From the NCBI RefSeq assembly GCF_900149915.1, contig NZ_LT827011.1: a DNA stretch of 32,000 nt; one strand, 5' to 3'. A program made the translations under genes and the position numbers. The notes under the pieces are model-generated. The model had not been told where the DNA came from and made no database searches. It saw nothing but the letters and a program-made list of their open reading frames with translations. This DNA comes from Escherichia coli O127:H6. Its GTDB lineage: Bacteria; Pseudomonadota; Gammaproteobacteria; Enterobacterales; Enterobacteriaceae. This document shows positions 1 to 8,668 of this stretch, one piece after another (the stretch's first letter is position 1; every line of letters begins with the position of its first letter).

Positions 1-731
1 CCGTGCGTGTTGCGATACATCATAATAAGGATATGAGTAAAAATGTTAACGTAATAAGGTTCTCCCAAAGACCAACTTAATTCATTTTCCATATCCAGTA
101 ACAATGACTGGACAAATAACACCGCTTCTTCTCCAAAATAATGGACTAATGCTTTATAGCTTCCGGGATCCAGACGTGAATACACGACACCTTGCGTCTC
201 ATTATGGTTAATAATGCCGTTAATCAGTAATGCCATTGCCTGTCGGACTTGCCCTTCACTACCTTCAATATGCGTACCACTTGGACTGCGGATCAACGAT
301 AACCCCAACGGCGCAAGCCAGGACTCAATTACTCTCAGGTCATTAACAATAGAGGCTCCGCTGATAAAGTAGCGTTCTGACAATTTACTGATCGACGTTT
401 CATTCGGTGTTTCACTTAATAACTGCGACGCTATTTTAACGCGCCTGGCATTATTCATTACACCATCAATCTCTTCACATTCTGCCACCAACAAATGATC
501 AAGATGCAGCAAATCAGCAATATTCTCCGCGCTTAACATCACACCCGCGCCAGCACGCTTCTCAACATTTATTCTCCATTGTCCCAGCCATTGCTCAAGT
601 AAACGTAAATCACGTTGAATGGTTTTTTCCGAAACATTTAAATAGCCGGCAATCGTAACAATAGTCGTATATTCCCTTCGAGGTAAAAGGAATCGTAATA
701 ATCTGTTTTGTCGCGAGGTAATCATTTGCAT
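1..731 (-). CDS. frzR: BglG/Mga-type (HTH + PRD) PTS-associated transcriptional regulator, truncated by window edge; probable FrzR
   Basis: Reverse-strand open frame running off the left edge (absent from the ORF track because it is incomplete). It translates as MQMITSRQNRLLRFLLPRREYTTIVTIAGYLNVSEKTIQRDLRLLEQWLGQ..., an HTH_11-like N-terminus followed by PRD-like sequence. Its position next to yicJI matches the frz operon described in extraintestinal E. coli. The symbol is inferred from context. Confidence 0.6.
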   Translation of the reverse strand, partial: MQMITSRQNRLLRFLLPRREYTTIVTIAGYLNVSEKTIQRDLRLLEQWLGQWRINVEKRAGAGVMLSAENIADLLHLDHLLVAECEEIDGVMNNARRVKIASQLLSETPNETSISKLSERYFISGASIVNDLRVIESWLAPLGLSLIRSPSGTHIEGSEGQVRQAMALLINGIINHNETQGVVYSRLDPGSYKALVHYFGEEAVLFVQSLLLDMENELSWSLGEPYYVNIFTHILIMMYRNTH

Positions 732-980
732 TTTTTACCCTTATCACAGATTAAGAAGCCCCATATGGAAGAGCTTCAGTTGCCATCTCTGAGGGTAAAT
801 ATAAAGCAGAATAATTTCACAACAATACTAAAATCTGTCCGTAATCCGGACAGTGATAAAACAAAGCAAGGCGGTTAAGGGATATTTTTCAGCACAGATC
901 ACATTTTCGTGATGAATAATCGTGATCATGCTCGCAAATACGATGGAAGAAATATTTATTACCAGATGTGAGATTATTTA

Positions 981-1011
981 CCGGATACGACACAAAACCA
1001 TTCGTATCCGG
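981..1011. terminator. Inverted repeat just after yicI stop; possible REP-like element or terminator of yicJI
   Basis: 10-bp perfect stem CCGGATACGA ... TCGTATCCGG with an 11-nt loop, about 15 nt beyond the yicI stop. Confidence 0.5.
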
Positions 1012-1025
1012 CATTCTTCAATAGA

Positions 1026-3344
1026 TTACAACGTAATTGTCAGCGCATTCCCTTGAGGAGTCACCACCAGTCCCTGCTCACTTTCAGCCTGCGAACCGCC
1101 TTGCAGACCATTTACTTTCACAATATTGCGCAAGCACAGTGTCCAGTTCTTCGCCTCGCCCGTACCAGTCACAGTAATCGTGTTGCCAGTACGTGCTGCT
1201 TTTAAAGTAAAGATCACCGAACCGTCAGCACCGGGCACTTCACAGACGGCTTCATGCCCGTCTTGCAGATTAAAGAGGTGGAATGCCGTACCTTCGTGCC
1301 ACGCGTAATCGGGACGTTGATCGTTGTTGCCCAGCGCCAGTAGGGTGCTATCACGCACATAAACGGGCAGACTCAGGAAGCTGTGCTGCTGTTTATGCCA
1401 GCGACTACCGTCGAGTTCATCGTTGTGCCACAGGTGTGTCCAGCGACCTTCCGGCAGGTAGAACTGCACATCGCCCGCTTCAGTGAACACAGGCGCAACC
1501 ATCACGTTGTCGCCTAACATGTATTGACGGTCAAGGTAATCACAAGCCGGATCGTCCGGGAACTCCATCATCATGGCCCGCATCATCGGCGTACCCCGCG
1601 CGTTTGCACGTGCAGCTTCACGATACAGATACGGCATCATGCGGCATTTCAGTTGCGTGAAGAAGCGCACCACATCACAGGACTCATCATCGTAGGCCCA
1701 CGGCACACGATAAGATTTGCTGCCATGTAAACGGCTATGGCTGGAAAGCAAACCAAACGCGCACCAGCGTTTGTAAACGTGCGCCGGAGCGGTATTTTCA
1801 AAGCCGCCGATATCGTGGCTCCAGAAACCAAAACCTGAAAGGCCAATAGACAAACCACCGCGCAGGCTTTCCGCCATTGATTCGTAGTTAGCGTAACAGT
1901 CACCACCCCAGTGTACCGGGAATTTCTGCGCACCGACGGAGGCCGAGCGGGCAAACAAGACGGCTTCTTCCTCACCAACGGTGTCCTTGAGCACGTTCCA
2001 CACCAGTTCGTTGTAGATGTACGCATAATGGTTATGCATTTTCTGCGGCTCGGAACCATCAAACCATTGAACATCGGTTGGAATACGTTCGCCAAAGTCG
2101 GTCTTAAAGCAATCAACGCCCATCGCGACCAGACCTTTCAGTTTGTCGGCGTACCATTTGCAGGCATCCGGATTGGTAAAGTCATAAATCGCCAGACCTA
2201 GCTGCCATTTATCCCACTGCCATAACGAACCGTCCGGGCGTTTGAGTAAATAGCCTTTCTCTTGTAACTCTTTAAAGACAGGGGATTTTTGCCCGATATA
2301 GGGGTTAATCCAGACGCAGATTTTTAGCCCTTTCGCTTTCAGGCGGCGGATCATCCCTTCCGGGTCCGGGAAAGTCAGCGGGTCCCACTCAAAATCGCAC
2401 CACTGGAAGGCTTTCATCCAGAAACAGTCAAAGTGGAAAACATGCAGTGGCAGATTGCGTTCCGCCATACCATCGATAAAGCTGTTTACCGTCGCTTCGT
2501 CGTAGTTGGTGGTAAATGAAGTGGTTAGCCACAGGCCGAAGGACCACGCGGGCGGCAGCGCCGGACGACCAGTAAAACGGGTATAACGATCAAGTACCGC
2601 TTTCGGCGTCGGGCCGTCGATAACAAAGTATTCGAGATATTCACTCTCAACGCTGAACTGCACTTTGGAGACTTTCTCCGATCCCACTTCAAAAGAGACG
2701 CATTGAGGATGATTGACCAGTACCCCATAACCACGGTTAGTCATATAGAACGGAATATTTTTATACGCCTGTTCAGTACTTGTGCCGCCGTCCCGGTTCC
2801 AGGTCTCTACCGTCTGGCCATTGCGCACCAGGGCAGTAAAGCGCTCTCCCAGACCGTAAACTGTTTCGCCAACGCCAAGATCCAGCCGCTCAAACATATA
2901 ATTTCGTTGACTATTCGTGTCCTGCACGTAGCCATTATTTTTCACCTGACTACCGGTAATACGTTCGCCGTTGTGCAGAAAATCCAGTGACCAGAACTCA
3001 CCTTTGCTGACACGCGCGCTTAAGTTGCCACTTTTAAACTCAGCATAACGTTCTGTGTTTTCGATTGTGACCTTCACATCCTGCAAAATATTGAGCGGAT
3101 AATGAGGACCGTTATTCAGCGCCCCCTGAAAATGCTCAATCCGTACACCAACAATACCTTCCTGTGGGGAGAAAAAGCGCAGCGTAAATAAAGGTGTATC
3201 AAGCTGCCAGGTACGTTCACGCACATCACGGGGGGCAGCATAGACCACCATTTCATTACCCTGCTGTTCAACCTCGAACACCTGAAGCGGGTGAATCAAA
3301 TTGAGGCCAGGTTGAATCAACCAGTTTCCGTCGCTAATTTTCAT
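1026..3344 (-). CDS. yicI: Alpha-xylosidase YicI (GH31)
   Basis: 772-aa ORF; recognised E. coli YicI sequence with GH31 motif KTDFGERIP. Confidence 0.97.
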   Translation of the reverse strand: MKISDGNWLIQPGLNLIHPLQVFEVEQQGNEMVVYAAPRDVRERTWQLDTPLFTLRFFSPQEGIVGVRIEHFQGALNNGPHYPLNILQDVKVTIENTERYAEFKSGNLSARVSKGEFWSLDFLHNGERITGSQVKNNGYVQDTNSQRNYMFERLDLGVGETVYGLGERFTALVRNGQTVETWNRDGGTSTEQAYKNIPFYMTNRGYGVLVNHPQCVSFEVGSEKVSKVQFSVESEYLEYFVIDGPTPKAVLDRYTRFTGRPALPPAWSFGLWLTTSFTTNYDEATVNSFIDGMAERNLPLHVFHFDCFWMKAFQWCDFEWDPLTFPDPEGMIRRLKAKGLKICVWINPYIGQKSPVFKELQEKGYLLKRPDGSLWQWDKWQLGLAIYDFTNPDACKWYADKLKGLVAMGVDCFKTDFGERIPTDVQWFDGSEPQKMHNHYAYIYNELVWNVLKDTVGEEEAVLFARSASVGAQKFPVHWGGDCYANYESMAESLRGGLSIGLSGFGFWSHDIGGFENTAPAHVYKRWCAFGLLSSHSRLHGSKSYRVPWAYDDESCDVVRFFTQLKCRMMPYLYREAARANARGTPMMRAMMMEFPDDPACDYLDRQYMLGDNVMVAPVFTEAGDVQFYLPEGRWTHLWHNDELDGSRWHKQQHSFLSLPVYVRDSTLLALGNNDQRPDYAWHEGTAFHLFNLQDGHEAVCEVPGADGSVIFTLKAARTGNTITVTGTGEAKNWTLCLRNIVKVNGLQGGSQAESEQGLVVTPQGNALTITL

Positions 3345-3353
3345 TGCCGTTCC

Positions 3354-4736
3354 TTAGTTCTGCACTTCTTGAGAGGTGAATTGTTGCTGGCAACGGCGTT
3401 TGCCCTGAGCCAGCTGTTCCATAACGGTTTTCAGATTGTGCGTCGTGAGTGAGTAGTAGCGTTTAGCGATAATCGCGCTCAGCAAGTAACAGATCGCCGG
3501 AACAATCGTGAATAGCGCGATAATGATGCTAATTGTGACGCTGTTCTGCGCTTTTTCTGCCGCATCATATCCGCCATAAGCCAGCATCCAGCCGATAAGG
3601 GCACCACCGAAGGCCAACCCCAGTTTGAGCACAAACAGCGTGCCAGCAAAACTGATCCCGGTCAGGCGTTTACCATTGCACCACTCGCCGTAGTCGACGG
3701 TATCGGACATCATTACCCACTGGATAGGTGTCACCAGTTGATGCAACACACCAATCACGAAGATGAAGACAAACATGGTGATGCTGGCCTGCATAGGAAC
3801 AAAGAACATCGCGAGGCTAATCACTGCCAGCAGGGCGTTCGTCCACCAGAAGATAGTGACTTTACATTTCCAGTCGGTCAGCGGTTTCGCCAGTGCGGAA
3901 CCAATCAGGTTACCCACGCAATAAGTGGTGAGAAAAGCGACAAACACTTCCGGCGTACCCAAAATCCATGTGACGTAATACATCATCGCCCCACCGCGTA
4001 CGCACACCGCCAGGATATTGAAAATTGTCAGGAAACCGACAATACGCCACTGGTCGTTTTGCCAGATATCACGTAAATCATCCCGCATAGACGTCGTTGT
4101 AGGTGGTGCTTCAACGCGTTCTTTAGTGGTGAAGAAACAGAATGCCAGCATCATAAATGCCACCACGGAAAGGACCGCGATACCGCCCTGGAAACCGAGT
4201 GGTTTATTATCACCACCAATTAAATTAACCAGTGGCATCATCAGAACAGTAGAGAGCATGCCTCCCGCGGTCGCCAGCACAAAACGCCAGGATTGCAGCG
4301 AGATACGCTGAGTCGGGTCATTGGTGATTACACCACCCAATGCGCAGTAAGGGATATTGACGATGGTATAAAGTAAGGTAAGTAGGGTATAAGTAATTGC
4401 TGCATAAATCATTTTTCCGTTCATACTGAGATCTGGCGTGCTATAGGCCAGTACACAGACGATCCCGAATGGCAGTGCGCCAAACAGCACCCACGGCCGA
4501 AATTTACCCCAGCGAGAGCGCGTTCGATCGGCCAACAACCCCATGCAAGGATCGGAAATCGCATCCAGTGCACGAGCGACCAAAAACATGGTTCCGACAA
4601 ATCCGGCAGGAATGCCAAAAATATCGGTATAAAAGAACATCATATATAACATTACGTTATCGAAAATAATGTGGCTGGCGGCGTCTCCCATGCCATAACC
4701 AATTTTCTCTTTAACGGACAACACTTCACTCTTCAT
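3354..4736 (-). CDS. yicJ: GPH-family sugar (putative xyloside) transporter YicJ
   Basis: The ORF track runs to 4793, but the conventional start is MKSEVLSVKEKIGYGMGDAASH (460 aa), giving a start near 4736. Polytopic GPH/MelB-like protein directly upstream of yicI. Confidence 0.93.
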   Translation of the reverse strand: MKSEVLSVKEKIGYGMGDAASHIIFDNVMLYMMFFYTDIFGIPAGFVGTMFLVARALDAISDPCMGLLADRTRSRWGKFRPWVLFGALPFGIVCVLAYSTPDLSMNGKMIYAAITYTLLTLLYTIVNIPYCALGGVITNDPTQRISLQSWRFVLATAGGMLSTVLMMPLVNLIGGDNKPLGFQGGIAVLSVVAFMMLAFCFFTTKERVEAPPTTTSMRDDLRDIWQNDQWRIVGFLTIFNILAVCVRGGAMMYYVTWILGTPEVFVAFLTTYCVGNLIGSALAKPLTDWKCKVTIFWWTNALLAVISLAMFFVPMQASITMFVFIFVIGVLHQLVTPIQWVMMSDTVDYGEWCNGKRLTGISFAGTLFVLKLGLAFGGALIGWMLAYGGYDAAEKAQNSVTISIIIALFTIVPAICYLLSAIIAKRYYSLTTHNLKTVMEQLAQGKRRCQQQFTSQEVQN

Positions 4737-4991
4737 CTGCTTTTCCTTGATGCTATAGGGGTGCTGAGACCGATAACGCATTTTGTAAACCATCCCTGCG
4801 AGAGCGAATATTCCGATATCTGGTTATTAATTTATGATTCTTGTTTTATGTGATCGTGGTAGCGTTAATTTCGCTCATATATCATTGTAAAATATGAGTT
4901 TTATATGAACTATAATGTTTTCGTGATAATACGCTGCGTGTATTAGGCGGAAAAAACTGATCTGGGGGATGTAGAAACTCAAGGAAGTAGC

Positions 4992-4997
4992 TATAAT
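4992..4997 (+). promoter_or_regulatory. Putative selC -10 box with GC-rich discriminator
   Basis: TATAAT followed immediately by GCGCCCCGCC, about 32 nt upstream of the mature tRNA 5' end; typical stable-RNA promoter arrangement. Confidence 0.6.
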
Positions 4998-5028
4998 GCG
5001 CCCCGCCTCCATGTAGCAATCGAGGCGC

Positions 5029-5123
5029 GGAAGATCGTCGTCTCCGGTGAGGCGGCTGGACTTCAAATCCAGTTGGGGCCGCCAGCGGTCCCGGGCAGGT
5101 TCGACTCCTGTGATCTTCCGCCA
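5029..5123 (+). tRNA. selC: Selenocysteine tRNA (anticodon TCA)
   Basis: 95-nt sequence GGAAGATCGTCGTCTCCGGTGAGGCGGCTGGACTTCAAATCC...TGTGATCTTCCGCCA; long variable arm, encoded CCA, 8-bp acceptor stem. Confidence 0.98.
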
Positions 5124-5419
5124 AAATGCCTCTCCTGAACTCTCCCGACGTTAACAAAACCCCTTCTAATCCCTTATATATCAGGCTTTCTTTGTGTCCA
5201 GAGATCAATCGACTCAACCTGTATCAAGTTGCTTTTGGGGATACTTTAGGGGGTATTATTTCCTCTTGAAATATTAGCCTCCCATAATAGGAAAAAGGTA
5301 ATACATAACAATGGTTTTTAACAGCATCTTTGTTATACAAGGGGGCATTGAGGATATCAGGAAAAATCTCAAAATCGGTGCGGACAGGAAACTACGTGGG
5401 CAGCAAAAACGTATGGTAA

Positions 5420-5584
5420 CGCCGGGAAATGCAACGCCCACCAGTCGGGCTAATCCACCACTCCAATCGTGGTTCGCAGTACTACACACACGATTACCGG
5501 GCTATACAGGAGCGGTTTGGTCTGAAAACATCCATGCCGCGTAAAGGTAACCGTTACGACAACACCTCAATGAAAAACTTATAG
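5420..5584 (+). pseudogene. IS3-family (IS600-like) OrfB transposase remnant
   Basis: One frame reads ...MQRPPVGLIHHSNRGSQYYTHDYRAIQERFGLKTSMPRKGNRYDNTSMKNL*. This matches the conserved IS3 integrase motif HHSDRGSQY...GLKTSMSRKGNCYDNAPMES but is truncated and mutated. Confidence 0.85.
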
Positions 5585-5912
5585 TAAACGCTGAAGAATG
5601 AAACTATCGTTTTAATAACCGGGATGAAGCCATCTAAGTAATACGGAAATACATTGAGATTTTCTACAACCATCAGCGCCGCCACTCCCGTCTGGGGAAT
5701 ATCTCCCTAGTAGCCTTCAGGAAAAATATAACCAGATAACTGCGTAAAAAAAGAACAAATGGTGGTGTCCGCTATTGCCAGTATACCTGAGTTTACTGCC
5801 TTTCAGATTATCACAATCAATAGCGAACAGACTTTTGAGCTCTGTGCGCTTTTAACAAAACGTCTCTTTCTCCACTTTCACCGTATAATAATACATTATT
5901 TATTACCCCTCC

Positions 5913-5972
5913 AATAAAAACCGATATTACTAATCACATTTATTACCACGCAATTTGATATCGGTTTTTATT
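5913..5972. terminator. Inverted repeat downstream of espF; candidate bidirectional terminator
   Basis: Perfect 15-bp inverted repeat AATAAAAACCGATAT / ATATCGGTTTTTATT separated by about 30 nt, with A-tract and T-tract inside the arms. Confidence 0.5.
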
Positions 5973-6021
5973 AGTTGGAAAACAAATAATCAATACCGAT
6001 TAATCGTTTTAAATTAGTTGG

Positions 6022-6642
6022 TTACCCTTTCTTCGATTGCTCATAGGCAGCTAAATGATCTTTTAGTGCCTGTGCAAGGGGCGGTAGTCCACCAGGCCCG
6101 GATGCCTGTCCACTTGTCGGTGGCGGTGGTGCCTGACGGGTTGGCTTAAAGCTTACAGTCTCAGACGCTTTCGATAGTTCATAGGCAGCTAAATGATCTT
6201 TTAATGCCTGTGCAATGGGCGGTAAAGGTCGGGATGCCCCGGATGCCTGTCCACTTGTCGGTGGCGGCGGTGCCGGACGGGTTGGCTTAAAGTTTACAGT
6301 CTCAGACGCTTTCGATAGTTCATAGGCAGCTAAATGATCTTTTAATGCCTGTGCAATGGGCGGTAAAGGTCGGGATGCCCCGGATGCCTGTCCACTTGTC
6401 GGTGGCGGCGGTGCCGGACGAGAGGGAGTAAATGAAGTCACCTGGCTGCTCACATTAAAAATCGTCCTCGCATTAACATTCGACGAACCTGGAGAAAAGG
6501 GGGAATGAACTCTCACCGGAGTAAGACGAACAGCCTGAGGGGCTACAGAAAATCCAGTTCCCCCCGCAGAGCTCACTCGACTTGCGATACCTACAAGCTG
6601 CCGCCCTAGTGTAGAAGCAGCGTTACTAATTCCATTAAGCAT
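6022..6642 (-). CDS. espF: LEE effector EspF
   Basis: 206-aa ORF MLNGISNAASTLGRQLVGIASR... with three proline-rich repeats (RPAPPPPTSGQASG). Confidence 0.97.
   Translation of the reverse strand: MLNGISNAASTLGRQLVGIASRVSSAGGTGFSVAPQAVRLTPVRVHSPFSPGSSNVNARTIFNVSSQVTSFTPSRPAPPPPTSGQASGASRPLPPIAQALKDHLAAYELSKASETVNFKPTRPAPPPPTSGQASGASRPLPPIAQALKDHLAAYELSKASETVSFKPTRQAPPPPTSGQASGPGGLPPLAQALKDHLAAYEQSKKG
6023..6445 (-). repeat. Three tandem 141-bp (47-aa) repeats within espF
   Basis: The segment tcagacgctttcgatagttcataggcagctaaatgatc recurs at 6161 and 6302, a spacing of exactly 141 bp. Protein repeat: ...FKPTRPAPPPPTSGQASGASRPLPPIAQALKDHLAAYELSKASETV. Confidence 0.9.
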
Positions 6643-6726
6643 AATTTATGCCTCTTTATATCTAATCTTGGCTAACTCTCATATATATCAAAACGAATAA
6701 TAAAATGATTTTTAAATCAAAATAAA

Positions 6727-7005
6727 TTAAAATCCTCGTACCCAACCACTAACATTCTCATGGAACAAACTGTACAATAACTGACTCGACTCATCATCCA
6801 TACAGCCCTCCAAAGCCTTTATCGCATCATTTTTTCTATTTAATCCAAATAAGATAATAAATTCTAAATGTGCGATATCTTTTTTATCAGGTATAATTTG
6901 TGGGAATACATTCAGGATAGCTTCCGCATATTTGGGAAGCTTATGGTTTGCCGCAGCTACAGCCGCCCACACCAGTATCTTATTAGCAGAAATATCATTA
7001 ACCAT
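6727..7005 (-). CDS. escG: Type III secretion needle co-chaperone EscG (Orf29)
   Basis: 92-aa ORF directly upstream of espF and downstream of escF in LEE4 order. Confidence 0.88.
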   Translation of the reverse strand: MVNDISANKILVWAAVAAANHKLPKYAEAILNVFPQIIPDKKDIAHLEFIILFGLNRKNDAIKALEGCMDDESSQLLYSLFHENVSGWVRGF

Positions 7006-7010
7006 AAAAA

Positions 7011-7232
7011 TTAAAAACTACGGTTAGAAATGGTTGAGACCAGATCTTTTATCGTTTTCAACATTCCACTTTCTACGTTAACATAAGCAGAATATTGCTG
7101 AACCGCAAACTGCAACTCTAACATTTTTTCAGGGTCATTAACCAAATCGGTGCTATTAAGTAACTCTGGCACAGAATCGCTCAGCGTTTTACCTACTTCA
7201 CCCATTTGTTGAGTAATTTCAGATAAATTCAT
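7011..7232 (-). CDS. escF: T3SS needle filament protein EscF
   Basis: 73-aa ORF MNLSEITQQMGEVGKTLSDSVPELLNSTDLVND..., an SctF-family needle subunit. Confidence 0.95.
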   Translation of the reverse strand: MNLSEITQQMGEVGKTLSDSVPELLNSTDLVNDPEKMLELQFAVQQYSAYVNVESGMLKTIKDLVSTISNRSF

Positions 7233-7268
7233 TAAATTTCCCTCAGAAGTTAATAAAATAATTTTTTT

Positions 7269-7676
7269 TTAACTATTTACGTTCATTACGAACCAAATTC
7301 CGTCTTCTGTTTCTTGCTGCACGGCACCCTTTCTGATGAAGTAATTAAACAACTCTTCGCGCTTTTGACGTTCTGAATCTGAACCAATCTTAGATTTCAT
7401 CGCACTGATTTTCTTAATACCCGAAAAGTGGTGATACAACTCTTCGAGCAAACGAGTCAGTGATAAAACAGGGCCGTTAAGCCCTGTTTGGTTACGTGCT
7501 TCAAAAGAGCACAAAATCAGTTCTTGTTCATCCAGTCTGTACGCTAATGAAAAAAAAGGTGTCTCAATCCGCCATCCGATAAAAAAGGCACTGCCACAAA
7601 GAAACTCCTTCTGTATTGTGTACCCTTTTTGTTCAAGATAGTAATTAAACACTTCATCATTAAACGTATCGACCAT
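7269..7676 (-). CDS. cesD2: Chaperone CesD2
   Basis: ORF track starts at 7682 (MIMVDTFNDEVF...); the 135-aa form begins at MVDTFNDEV. LEE4 position between espB and escF. Confidence 0.88.
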   Translation of the reverse strand: MVDTFNDEVFNYYLEQKGYTIQKEFLCGSAFFIGWRIETPFFSLAYRLDEQELILCSFEARNQTGLNGPVLSLTRLLEELYHHFSGIKKISAMKSKIGSDSERQKREELFNYFIRKGAVQQETEDGIWFVMNVNS

Positions 7677-7682
7677 GATCAA

Positions 7683-8648
7683 TTACCCAGCTAAGCGAGC
7701 CGCTTGCCCCATGCGATTAATAAGGTCAGTAAGATCACGGGCTGTCGTTGTCATATCACGTAGACGGCTAGAGATATCATCCTGCGCTCTGCGAACATCC
7801 TGTTTGTAGGTATCTAAATTCGACGCCTGAAGATTTTCTACAGATTTAGCACGCTGCTCATTGATATCATGATTGGACTTGACAGATTCAGATATCGTTG
7901 TTGGCAATGTTTTCGTACCTTCAGCAAGGCTGGTAACAACAATAAATGGCGTTGAACCGGAAATCCTTCCGGCAGCAGCAGTAAAGCGACTTAATAATCC
8001 TGCCTTCTGTGCTAATTCTTGAGCAGCATCAGCAGCCTCTTCAGCTACCTGAGAAGCTTTCTGAGCCGAAGTAGCAACATCATCAGTGATACCGGATGTA
8101 CGACTGGCCGCTTTTGCAGCTGTCGCGATAGTTTGCTGCATTGCGCCAGCTGCATCATCTGCTGCATCTGCAATACCTTCGGAAGCCTTCGCCAGTGCTT
8201 TAGTTGAAGCTTCAGAGACTGTACCGATAGACTTCGCAGAAGTAGAAGCGGCTTGCTGAGCGACATCACTCGCGCCTTTAGTTGCGCTATTAATGGCAGC
8301 AAAAGAGCCTAAAATCCCCAGGACAGATGAGATAGCACCACCAATCAGAGCGGCTGTCGCACCGGCTTTTTTCTCATCAATAGCTTTATTTTGGCTCTCA
8401 AAAACGGCTTTTTGGATGTCATAGCTTTGCGCCAATTGCTTCTGAAGATAATCTTGCAATGTGGTGACCATCTCACGCAACAGTTTTTGAACCTCCAGCA
8501 GAAGTTTAGAAATATCCACTCTGCCATCAGTAAGTAAAGATGAACTGATTGACGAAGTTGATGTAGTTGTTGAACTGGTGCTGTCAGTCGTGCTGCTCAA
8601 AACAGAATTAACTGCGATTGCCGCATTGTTATTATCGATAGTATTCAT
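7683..8648 (-). CDS. espB: Translocator/effector EspB
   Basis: 321-aa ORF MNTIDNNNAAIAVNSVLSSTTDSTSSTTTSTSSISSS... Confidence 0.97.
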   Translation of the reverse strand: MNTIDNNNAAIAVNSVLSSTTDSTSSTTTSTSSISSSLLTDGRVDISKLLLEVQKLLREMVTTLQDYLQKQLAQSYDIQKAVFESQNKAIDEKKAGATAALIGGAISSVLGILGSFAAINSATKGASDVAQQAASTSAKSIGTVSEASTKALAKASEGIADAADDAAGAMQQTIATAAKAASRTSGITDDVATSAQKASQVAEEAADAAQELAQKAGLLSRFTAAAGRISGSTPFIVVTSLAEGTKTLPTTISESVKSNHDINEQRAKSVENLQASNLDTYKQDVRRAQDDISSRLRDMTTTARDLTDLINRMGQAARLAG

Positions 8649-8668
8649 AATAAACGCCTCTTTAATAA

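Noticed and set aside
1126-2734. Several ORFs antisense or in alternate frames inside yicI
   Set aside because: High-GC alternate-frame ORFs shadowing a well-established 772-aa gene.
4875-5217. Reverse-strand ORFs of 63 and 111 aa overlapping selC
   Set aside because: They read antisense through the tRNA-Sec gene and have no recognisable domain; the tRNA explains the sequence.
5274-5489. 71-aa reverse ORF in the selC-espF junction
   Set aside because: Antisense to the transposase relic, with no recognisable start signal or homology.
5311-5544. 77-aa forward ORF MVFNSIFVIQGGIEDIRK...
   Set aside because: Its 3' half reads the IS3-family transposase remnant in the wrong frame; the correct frame shows the conserved HHSxRGSQY motif, so the ORF is spurious.
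6023-6445. Possible CRISPR-like array because of regular repeats
   Set aside because: The 141-bp repeats are contiguous, in frame and encode EspF proline-rich modules; there are no spacers or cas genes.
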